Source: an uncultured Dehalococcoidia bacterium
GTDB taxonomy: Bacteria; Chloroflexota; Dehalococcoidia; Lucifugimonadales; UBA3495
Assembly: GCA_950072105.1 (NCBI GenBank)
Contig: CATMOE010000039.1
Location: 1 to 35,302, forward strand
Reading direction: 5' to 3'
Length of the DNA: 35,302 bases
Below are positions 27,767 through 35,302 of the stretch, in pieces. How positions within the stretch are numbered: the first letter of the stretch is position 1; each line of letters begins with the position of its first letter. The position numbers and the translations under genes are program-made. The notes beneath the pieces were generated by a model. The model did not search any database, was not told where the DNA came from, and saw only the letters and a program-made list of their open reading frames with translations.

Positions 27767-28693
27767 TTGGCTAACGATTACGACCTGTTGATCATCGGGG
27801 GCGGTCTTGCTGGTATGACCGCGGCGATGTACGGCGCTCAATATGGCCTCAAGACCGGACTGATCGAGCGCATGATGGGCGGGGCCTCCATCATCAACGT
27901 AGAAAAAATAGAGAACTTCCCGGGCTTTCCCGAAGGGATCTCCGGGGCCGAGCTAGGGCCGTCGGTCCAGGAGCAGGCGATGAACGCCGGGGCGGAGTTC
28001 ATCATGGCCGACGTGGCCCGCATCTCCAGGGAAGGCGACTTCACCATGGTGGCCAGCGATGCCGGAGGGTACCAGACCAAGGCTTTGATCGTGGCTGCCG
28101 GTTCTACTCTGCGCCAGATGGGTATCCCCGGCGAGCAGGAATTATTCGGGCGGGGCGTCTCCCAGTGCGCCACCTGCGACGGCCCGATGTTTATGGGCGA
28201 GGTGGTGGGCGTAGTCGGCGGCGGAGACTCGGCGGCCGACGAAGCGCTGACCCTGACCGAGTACTGCGAGAGGGTCCTTTTGTTCCACCGGCGGGACAGT
28301 TTGCGGGCCTACGAGTCTCTTCAGGAGCGGGTGCACCAGAACCGGAAGATCGAAGTAGTCTGGAACTCGGTGGTGGAAGAAGTGGTGGGCGAAGACACGG
28401 TGACGGGAGTTCGAGTACGCAACGTAGTGACAAATCTGGAGAACCAGGTGAACCTATCCGGGCTTTTCGTCTTCGTGGGATTGGAGCCCAATTCCAGTGT
28501 GGTGGAAGGGGTGGTCAAAGTGGACAATGCCGGCCACATCCCGGTTAATGTCTCAATGGAGACGGAAGTGCCGGGGATCTATGCCGTGGGCGACATTCGA
28601 CAGAAGTCTGTGTCCCAACTGGCATCGGCGGTGGGAGACGGCGCGACCGCGGCCATCTCAGCGTTTAAATACATCAGAGGGAAATCCTGGTAG
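27767..28693 (+). CDS. trxB: Thioredoxin reductase
   Basis: IIGGGLAG, IENFPGF, GVSQCATCDG, VGGGDSA, HRRD, AVGD; TTG start after AGGAGG. Confidence 0.9.
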   Translation: MANDYDLLIIGGGLAGMTAAMYGAQYGLKTGLIERMMGGASIINVEKIENFPGFPEGISGAELGPSVQEQAMNAGAEFIMADVARISREGDFTMVASDAGGYQTKALIVAAGSTLRQMGIPGEQELFGRGVSQCATCDGPMFMGEVVGVVGGGDSAADEALTLTEYCERVLLFHRRDSLRAYESLQERVHQNRKIEVVWNSVVEEVVGEDTVTGVRVRNVVTNLENQVNLSGLFVFVGLEPNSSVVEGVVKVDNAGHIPVNVSMETEVPGIYAVGDIRQKSVSQLASAVGDGATAAISAFKYIRGKSW

Positions 28694-28776
28694 AGTGCCT
28701 TCAGACCCTCGCCGTGTAGACTCGAGGGTCTAAATCATCGAATAGCCACTCAATTGTATAACTTGGGGAGGTTCTG

Positions 28777-29205
28777 ATGGATTTGGTAGAGGAGCAACTG
28801 CGCAACAGCAAGACCATCGCCGTGGTAGGTTTGTCCGACAATCCGGAGCGGATCAGCTATGGGGTGTCCAAATACATGCAATCGCAGGGTTACCGGATAA
28901 TCCCGGTCAATCCCATGATTGAGGAAGCCTTAGGGGAAAAGAGCTATCCGGACCTGAAGTCGGTGCCTGAGCACATCGATATGGTGGACATATTCCGACG
29001 CTCGGAGTTGGTGGCTCCGGTGGTTGACGAGGCCATTGAGGTGGGGGTCAAGTACATCTGGATGCAGGACGGAGTGATCGACGAGACCGCCAAAGCCAAA
29101 GCGGAGGCCGCGGGGATCCCCGTCGTGATGGACGATTGAACCCTCCGAGTGCACCGCCGCCGGTTCGGTGGCGAGCAGGTTTCCAGTACGTCTTCCCCCA
29201 GCTAA
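28777..29205 (+). CDS. YccU-like CoA-binding protein, probable selenoprotein (TGA 29137-29139 read as Sec121; 142 aa)
   Basis: TIAVVGLSDNPER, IIPVNP, VDIFRR, IWMQDG, then VVMDD-TGA-TLRVHRRRFG to TAA at 29203-29205. TGA sits at the family's VMDRC Cys. The family call is strong; Sec is inferred. Confidence 0.8.
29140..29177 (+). promoter_or_regulatory. Putative bacterial SECIS hairpin
   Basis: CGCCGCC-GGTTC-GGTGGCG (29155-29173); loop starts with G, 22 nt after the UGA. Confidence 0.6.
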
Positions 29206-29263
29206 CACAGTTAGGACGCCCGCGATCGTCCGATCTCGCGACGAAAAGAGCGGGTCGCACAGT

Positions 29264-29295
29264 CGATTGACCCCCAATCGGTTGATGGTTACTAT
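29264..29295 (+). promoter_or_regulatory. Promoter of the Fur/PerR gene with a palindrome over the -35 box
   Basis: TTGACC-17-TACTAT; CGATTG-N5-CAATCG at 29264-29280. Confidence 0.5.
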
Positions 29296-29396
29296 CACGT
29301 ATGAGAATGTAAGGCGAAGAGTACGGCGTTCCCAATGGTTTTAGATCAACGGATCTGTCCGATCTTACCCGTGGCGCTAATAAGGGGCAATGAAAT

Positions 29397-29849
29397 TTGA
29401 CGACTCAGGAAGAACTGGCGGTCAGGCTTAAGCAGTTGGGCATTCGGGTTACGCCCCAGCGGTTGGCTATCGCCGAAGTGGTGATCAATTCCGGGGACCA
29501 TCCATCGGTGAAGGATGTGTTCGAAAGGGTAAAAGAATTTTTCCCCTATGTAACCCTGGCAACGGTATACGCGACTTTGGATTTGCTGGAACGGGCCGCC
29601 ATCGTGCGGGAATTGCCTTTCCAGCGTCAGTCCCGGTACGACGCAAACCTTTCACCTCACGCCAATCTGGTATGCATAAGTTGCGGCGCGGTGGTGGATG
29701 CCGAAGTGGGACAGAGCATGGTTGAGGAACTCAAGAAATTGGTGGAAGAGGGGACCGACTTCGAGATTGCCACCCAGCGCGTGGACTTCTATGGGAAGTG
29801 CCCAGGCTGCGCCGCCGGCACCCACGCGCCCACCCAGGCATCGGTTTAG
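29397..29849 (+). CDS. Fur family regulator, PerR-like
   Basis: RVTPQRLAI, DHPS, TLATVYATL, RYDAN, two CxxC motifs (CISC, CPGC); TTG start. Confidence 0.9.
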   Translation: MTTQEELAVRLKQLGIRVTPQRLAIAEVVINSGDHPSVKDVFERVKEFFPYVTLATVYATLDLLERAAIVRELPFQRQSRYDANLSPHANLVCISCGAVVDAEVGQSMVEELKKLVEEGTDFEIATQRVDFYGKCPGCAAGTHAPTQASV

Positions 29850-29916
29850 AGTTACTTCCGAGGCCGCTCTCAGATCGCCGAGTGTTTGGTTAGGGAGAGC
29901 TAGACCCCCTCTCTAA

Positions 29917-29972
29917 CTCTCCCCCTTCGTAAGGGGGAGAGAACAAGTCCCTTCCCCCTCGACGGGGGAAGG
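29917..29972. repeat. Twin GC-rich palindromes (REP-like or terminator)
   Basis: CTCTCCCCCTT-cgt-AAGGGGGAGAG and CCTTCCCCC-tcgac-GGGGGAAGG. Confidence 0.7.
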
Positions 29973-29979
29973 TCCGGTG

Positions 29980-30007
29980 TTCACAATCTGCAGCCTACTG
30001 TTACCAT
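29980..30007 (+). promoter_or_regulatory. Promoter upstream of tRNA-Pro
   Basis: TTCACA-16-TACCAT with extended -10 TG. Confidence 0.45.
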
Positions 30008-30084
30008 ACGGATACCAGGTAACCCGAGCCAATAGAATACCACCGGCACGCTATATCGTCATCGGAGTCCAACGTGCCCTTGCT

Positions 30085-30160
30085 TTAGTTGGGGCGCAAT
30101 GGCTAGCGCGCTTCGTTCGGGACGAAGAGGCCGGTGGTTCGAGTCCACTCACCCCGACCA
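30085..30160 (+). tRNA. tRNA-Pro(CGG) with aberrant 5' acceptor strand
   Basis: D arm GCGC-AATGGCTA-GCGC; anticodon arm CTTCG-TTCGGGA-CGAAG; T arm GGTGG-TTCGAGT-CCACT; 3' end CACCCCG-A-CCA. The 5' strand reads TTAGTTG instead of CGGGGTG. Confidence 0.8.
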
Positions 30161-30343
30161 TTTTTTAATCTAGTATCGTCACACAAGTGGCCGTCCTTCC
30201 GATAATTGAGCCATTTCCTAGGTTCTTCCCATGTTGAGAGCAGAAAATGAGCCATTACCTTATCGCGTTACCACCAACCGCAGCAGTCGACTAGTGTTCC
30301 CGGTATAGTTCAACTCTACTGTAGCGCTCCAGCAGTTAACTTT

Positions 30344-30541
30344 TTACCACCCTCCTCTTACCGAGGCAAACAGCGTCGCCTGGTTGTTGAAGGCCGCAAC
30401 CCAGCGCCCTACGGCCCTCAGACTGACCGGCATTTCATACCCCTGCTCCAACATTACAGTGAATGTCTTAGCAGTTGACCCTTGGAGATAGTGCTTGCGT
30501 GCACTGACCTGTTGTCCCTCTGGTGCTTTTGGTCGTCCCAA
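30344..30541 (-). other. Short ORF downstream of the tRNA, possible HTH-like mobile-element remnant
   Basis: GRPK...VSLRAVGRWV pattern; no integrase or transposase visible. Confidence 0.2.
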
Positions 30542-30591
30542 CTGGATTCCTGCAAATTAGTTTTGATAGAGAAACTCGAAAAGGCGCTCGT

Positions 30592-30620
30592 TTGCTGAGC
30601 GCTGCAAGCTTTGGTACCAT
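30592..30620 (+). promoter_or_regulatory. Promoter of the aldo-keto reductase
   Basis: TTGCTG-17-TACCAT with extended -10 TG. Confidence 0.5.
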
Positions 30621-30645
30621 CTCGGCAATCACGTAGGAGGTTGCA

Positions 30646-31623
30646 ATGGACCCCTTGGAATTGGCCGAGATCGGCAAAACGGGACTGAAGGTATCGCGCC
30701 TGGGGGTCGGCGGCGTGGCAATCGGACGGACGGCCACCGCAGAAGAATCGGATGAAACGTTGAAAAGATGCGTGGAGTTGGGAGTTCGGTACTTCGACAC
30801 TGCGCCGTTGTACGGCGGGGGCGTCAGCGAGAAAAGGTACGGCGAGGTCCTCTCCTCCATCCCCCGTTCGAGTTTCACCATATCCACCAAGGTCGGCCGT
30901 TTACTGGAGGCGCCGGCCCCCACGCCGGTGGGCGCCGTGATCGGACCGGGCGGCTCCAGCGACATGCCTTACATCTACGACTACGACACCGTCATGCGGG
31001 TTTTCGAGGGAAGCCTCAAACGATTGAATCTGGACAATGTAGATATTCTGTTGATTCACGACCCCGATAGCCATTTTCAAGAGGCCATGGACGGCGCTTA
31101 CAGGGCATTATCTGAGTTGCGGTCTCAAGGAGTGGTCAAGGCCATCGGGGCGGGAATGAACCAGTGGGAGATGGAAGCCCGGTTGGCTCGGGAAGGAGAC
31201 TTCGATTGCTTCTTGCTGGCTGGGCGCTACACTCTGCTCGATCACCAAGCGCTGCCCGAGTTCCTGCCACTGTGCCAGGAGAAGAACATCAGCGTGATCA
31301 TCGGCGGCCCGTATAACAGCGGGATTCTCGCCTCGGATTTAACCGAGTCGGCCACGTTCAACTACGTCGCCGCCCAACCCGAAGTCTTGGATCGTGCGCG
31401 GCGGTGCAAGGATGTGTGCGATCGCCACGGCGTTCCCCTCAAGGCCGCCGCACTACAGTTCGTCTTTGGCCATCCGGCTGTGACAGCGGCAATCCCCGGT
31501 CCGCGCTCCGCCGCCGAGGCCGAAGAGAACTTCCAAATGATGGCGCACTCTATCCCTGCAGCATTGTGGGAAGAGCTACGCCATGAGGGCCTCATTCCGG
31601 CCGAAGCTCCTACCCCTGCGTAG
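30646..31623 (+). CDS. Aldo/keto reductase (D-threo-aldose 1-dehydrogenase-like)
   Basis: YFDTAPLYG, ISTKVGR, LLIHDPD, IGAGMN, LLAGRYTLLD, GGPYNSGIL; SD AGGAGG. Confidence 0.92.
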   Translation: MDPLELAEIGKTGLKVSRLGVGGVAIGRTATAEESDETLKRCVELGVRYFDTAPLYGGGVSEKRYGEVLSSIPRSSFTISTKVGRLLEAPAPTPVGAVIGPGGSSDMPYIYDYDTVMRVFEGSLKRLNLDNVDILLIHDPDSHFQEAMDGAYRALSELRSQGVVKAIGAGMNQWEMEARLAREGDFDCFLLAGRYTLLDHQALPEFLPLCQEKNISVIIGGPYNSGILASDLTESATFNYVAAQPEVLDRARRCKDVCDRHGVPLKAAALQFVFGHPAVTAAIPGPRSAAEAEENFQMMAHSIPAALWEELRHEGLIPAEAPTPA

Positions 31624-31684
31624 CTTGCCTTTACTGAATGATAGCCATATGACGAGTGCCAGCAACCCCACCGGACCGGCGGTC

Positions 31685-31797
31685 ACCGTGATGGCAACGA
31701 TGCGGTCTAGGCCAGTATCCCGGGCGCGATAAACCGTGCCCTGGCCTCCGCGGCCTATCTGCCCTAGGATTTCGAATTTACCGATCCGCTGGAGCAT
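31685..31797 (-). pseudogene. Ser/Thr protein kinase N-terminal fragment (subdomains I-II only)
   Basis: RIGKFEILGQIGRGGQGTVYRARDTGLDRIVAIT; the VAIK Lys is lost and similarity ends there. Confidence 0.75.
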
Positions 31798-32067
31798 CGC
31801 TGTTGCCGCGGATTATAGCGGATGGACAAATATGAGTCGGGGGATTCAGTGGAGGAGGCGGCCATGTGGTGGCGGCGGCTTTGGCCGAGTCCCTGGACAA
31901 TCCGTTTGCCTGGGCGGAGGGATTCTTCTTCGTCAACGTCGAGGTGGACGGGCTGGTCTGTGACAACGTTGACCTAGGCTGAGAATCGGTCTGTATTCAT
32001 TCGGGTCGTCAGCGAGAGTTCCTTGGTGTGCTTTCCTTGGTCACGGTCGTCCTAGACCGAGGCCCCG

Positions 32068-32096
32068 TTGCGTAGTGAAGTTCCAAGACCTAGTAT
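32068..32096 (+). promoter_or_regulatory. Promoter of the UGSC operon
   Basis: TTGCGT-17-TAGTAT. Confidence 0.45.
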
Positions 32097-32176
32097 AAGT
32101 TAGGGAAACTGGCATCTGTATCGTTCAATCACGGCGGTGCGCTACGAGGCAACGCCAATATATAGAGGGGAAAGCC

Positions 32177-32713
32177 ATGGTATCGAACCAATCGACCACG
32201 GTGCTTCACCCAGGAGCGGAAGACCCAGCCCGAAAATTCGGATTGGCCCCGCGGTTGGGTGATCTGAAAGGAATGACTGTAGGCATTATCGACAACCACA
32301 AGCGGAACGTCGACGTGTACGTTGCCGAGTTAGGCCGGGTGCTTCAGGATGAGTATGGCGTCGCCAAAGTGGTGACATACCGGAAGGCCAGCCAGAGCAT
32401 CCCGACTCCCGCCGACGTATTAGATAGCCTTGCCGCCGAATGCGACGCCATCGTCCATGCGGTGGCTGATTGAGGCTCCTGCACAGCGTGGGGTCTCCAC
32501 GACGGGATAGAGGCGGAAAAGCGGGGCCGGCCCGCAGTAACGGTTATCACCAAGGCTTTCATCAAAGCAGCAGACCTCAGGGCCAAGGCACTGGGGATGA
32601 TCGACCATCCAGTGGTGGTTATTGATCACCCGATCGCCAGCAAAACTCCTGAAGCCGTTCAGATATTGGCTTTGAACAGCACCGACGAGATTGCCAAGGG
32701 ATTGGTGTCCTAG
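32177..32713 (+). CDS. UGSC-family selenoprotein (Sec99, UxxC; 178 aa)
   Basis: DAIVHAVAD-TGA-GSCTAWGLHDGIEAEKRGRPAVTVIT...HPI, open to TAG at 32711-32713 just before the next gene. Confidence 0.88.
32474..32505 (+). promoter_or_regulatory. Putative bacterial SECIS hairpin
   Basis: CGTGG-GGTCT-CCACG (32487-32501); loop begins 18 nt after the UGA. Confidence 0.7.
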
Positions 32714-32738
32714 ATCAGTTAAACGTGAAGGGTAAACG

Positions 32739-33806
32739 ATGAGCCAAGCAGAGGTAGGTAACCAGGCTAGCCGACTCCAAGTATCCGGGTCGATAAGCCA
32801 GGTAAACGACTATTTTTACGATCAGGGTTGGACCGATGGGTTGCCAATCGTGCCGCCCACCGAGGACCTAGTTCTGGAGATGCTAGAGGCCTGCTCAATG
32901 TCAGGCTCCAGCGTTCTGGGTAGGATTCCGCCCCTGGACGGGACAGTGACCGTTGAGAAGGTTGCTATCAACAGCGTGATGGCCGGTTGCAAGCCCGACT
33001 ACTTCCCGGTGGTCCTAGCGGCGGTCAAAGCGGTGTTGCAACCCCAGTTCAACGTCGGCTCCATCACCACCACAACCGGTGGGGCCGCGCCGGTTGTGGT
33101 GGTCAGCGGGCCGGTTGCCGATAGATTAGAGATTCATGGCGGCACGGCGGTATTCGGTTCGGGCCACCGGGCTAACGCAACGATTGGCCGGGCTCTTCGA
33201 TTGACCATGCGAAACCTGGGCGGCGCGATGGCTGCGACTATGGAGAAGTCCACACACGGCTGGCCAGGCAAGTACACCATGTGTTTCTCCGAGAACCAAG
33301 ACGCCAACCCCTGGGAGCCGCTTCACGAAGAGATGGGTTACAAACCCAGCGACAGTACCGTCATGGTGCTGGCCTCCCGGGGCATCCACACGCTGGTGGA
33401 GTCCAGTCAGGAAACTGGCCGGGGAGTGCTTGAGACTATGGTCGGCTCCATGACTGCCGGAGGCATCTCAGGCTACAGCTTCCAGTCTTGGGGAGCATCG
33501 GTACTCATCGTACTGGGGCCTGAACATGCTGCGGAGATTGCCGCCGACGGTTTCGGACGCAAAGAAATCAAGGATTATCTGTTCGAGAACGTCCGAATGC
33601 CCATGGGTAAGATCAAGAATCGGGGACACTACGGCACCCGGTCCTGGCCTGACGAATACGACAGCAAACCGGACGACTTCATGGTGCCGTTGGTGGCGAA
33701 TGTCAACAAACTAGTTCTGGTAGTCGCCGGCGGCGACGGACGCCACAGTTCTTGGTTCCCAGCCTGGTCTTATACCCAGCGGGCCGTTGAGGTGATTGAG
33801 GGTTAG
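32739..33806 (+). CDS. Conserved uncharacterized protein of the type found beside or fused to UGSC proteins
   Basis: GWTDGLPIVPPT, TVEKVAINSVMAGCKP, RANATIGRALRL, FSENQDANPWEPLH, LVVAGG. Confidence 0.8.
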   Translation: MSQAEVGNQASRLQVSGSISQVNDYFYDQGWTDGLPIVPPTEDLVLEMLEACSMSGSSVLGRIPPLDGTVTVEKVAINSVMAGCKPDYFPVVLAAVKAVLQPQFNVGSITTTTGGAAPVVVVSGPVADRLEIHGGTAVFGSGHRANATIGRALRLTMRNLGGAMAATMEKSTHGWPGKYTMCFSENQDANPWEPLHEEMGYKPSDSTVMVLASRGIHTLVESSQETGRGVLETMVGSMTAGGISGYSFQSWGASVLIVLGPEHAAEIAADGFGRKEIKDYLFENVRMPMGKIKNRGHYGTRSWPDEYDSKPDDFMVPLVANVNKLVLVVAGGDGRHSSWFPAWSYTQRAVEVIEG

Positions 33807-34711
33807 GGCTGCAAATCGCCCGACCATGACTCGACCTGCATCGGCCCCGTTTGCATCGGCAATGATGGATCGGCGGCCCACTCAGACATTGAAGCGTCGT
33901 AGACTGCCACGTTCTCGTAGCCCAGCAAGGTCAGGATGAAGGCGTCGTTGCTGGCGGCGATACCGCCTCCGCAGTAGGTAATCACCCGTTCCGCGCGGTC
34001 CGCGCCGACTTGGGCGAACCGCTCAGCCAACCGCTCGGCTGGGAGATAGGCGTGGGTGACGGGGTCCGTCAAATCTGCGGCAGGTACGTTCACGCTATTG
34101 GCTATGCGGCCGGCGCGCCCGTAGTTGGCTCCACCCGAGCCCAGGTGTTGTTCCCCACTGAGTGCGTTCAACACGCAGGTCGATCCATTATCCAGGGCGG
34201 CCAACACTTCATCCTTGTCTGCCATGAGTCCGGCCCTGCGTTTGGCGAGAAAAATAGCGGGAGGATAGGTTGATGGGTCGCTGTTCACTGGGCGGCCCTC
34301 AAGCTTCCATTTGTGGAGGCCGCCGTTGAGGATATAAGCGTCATCGAACCCGAAGGCACGCAGCATCCACCAGATGCGGGTGGCCCAGGAACCGGTAGTG
34401 GAGTCGTATAGCACCACCCTAGTGCCGGCGCCCACACCGTAGCTGGAAAATGCCTGGGCTAGCTGTGGTACCTGGGGAAGCATGTACCGGAAATGGGCAT
34501 CGTTGTCGGAGAGATCATTCACCAAGTCCGCGTGTCCAGAGCCGGGGATGTGTTCCATGGCCCACGACTCGCGGCCGCTTTCGGCCCGTATACCGCCGCT
34601 TCCATCGGGCCGGTTGAAGGCAGTACAGTCCAGAACCCGGAGGTCGCTGTCGTTTAGGTGGTCGGCAAGCCAGTCGGTCTCCGCCAGAAATTCGGGGTAT
34701 TTAAAGGCCAT
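33803..34711 (-). CDS. Tandem-domain rhodanese sulfurtransferase (SseA/MST-like)
   Basis: HIPGS, VVLYD, TRIWWMLRAFG, LNGGLHKW, active site YCGGGIAA, VYDASMSEW; ATG at 34711 after GGAGG. Confidence 0.92.
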   Translation of the reverse strand: MAFKYPEFLAETDWLADHLNDSDLRVLDCTAFNRPDGSGGIRAESGRESWAMEHIPGSGHADLVNDLSDNDAHFRYMLPQVPQLAQAFSSYGVGAGTRVVLYDSTTGSWATRIWWMLRAFGFDDAYILNGGLHKWKLEGRPVNSDPSTYPPAIFLAKRRAGLMADKDEVLAALDNGSTCVLNALSGEQHLGSGGANYGRAGRIANSVNVPAADLTDPVTHAYLPAERLAERFAQVGADRAERVITYCGGGIAASNDAFILTLLGYENVAVYDASMSEWAADPSLPMQTGPMQVESWSGDLQP

Positions 34712-34775
34712 GATCTTGCCTCCGGCAATCTCGTTCGTGCTTCCTCTTGCTAATAGCAAAAGGCGGTCAGCCGCA

Positions 34776-34804
34776 ATCCTATGGCGGACTAAACGCCCTG
34801 TCAA
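34776..34804 (-). promoter_or_regulatory. Rhodanese promoter
   Basis: TTGACA-17-TAGGAT; the ORF track's TTG start at 34804 is this -35 box. Confidence 0.6.
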
Positions 34805-35302
34805 TCGAAATCGTTTCGCGGAGGTTTAACACTTTTAGAAAACCCAGCCGAAAGGGGCCAGAAAGCCCGTGCCTAAAAAGACAATCGCAACGCAACGTGC
34901 TGGTGAGGAGCACTGATCTGTTGCTTGTACTATTTCAGTGAAGGATTAGTTAATACGTGGGCAATGACGTATTGACCCAGGCTCCTGTTCTCAGTGAAAT
35001 CCCCGATGTCCAATCCCTCACCTTTAAGCTACTGGCTTGAGCCGTGGTAGTGGATGAGATCAGACCTGTTTGATACGGCTTACTAACCGCCAAGGGTCCA
35101 CATCTAAACCGCTCTTTTCAACCAGGCAATCGAACCGATTTGTATCCACCGAGATTCCTGGGAAGTTAGTTGTTGGGCGGTTGGACTCTACTCCAACTCC
35201 TGATACCCTACTTTTTGCGCCGTGACCATGGTGGCGAAAAGGGGGGCGTATTCAGGCTTCGGCTCGATATCGTCTGATTTCAGCCAATAAGAAGACCCGG
35301 AA

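Overview
A 35.3 kb GC-rich bacterial chromosomal window. Gene content and style suggest Chloroflexota/Dehalococcoidia (SAR202-like); this is inference only. It holds housekeeping genes (glyA, rpsF-ssb-rpsR, a SurA/PpiC-like chaperone, hom, thrC, folE, trxB, a Fur/PerR regulator, an atypical tRNA-Pro(CGG)) and many catabolic enzymes (Zn-ADH, MenB-like crotonase, SMP-30 lactonase, deacetylase, MBL hydrolase, CocE/NonD, aldo-keto reductase, rhodanese). Best signals: (1) two genes the ORF track truncates at in-frame TGA codons followed by SECIS-like hairpins, namely a UGSC-family selenoprotein (32177-32713) and a YccU-like CoA-binding protein whose TGA falls at the family's conserved Cys (28777-29205; candidate unusual selenoprotein between trxB and a PerR-like gene); (2) a stand-alone 1512-aa NLR-like protein fusing alpha/beta-hydrolase, CHAT protease, STAND NTPase and TPRs (6470-11008); (3) an mshA-like/mshD-like cluster suggesting a mycothiol-like pathway; (4) folE apparently starting at ATT, plus many TTG starts; (5) a tRNA-Pro with a defective 5' acceptor strand. 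All family assignments come from motif recognition by eye, not database searches.
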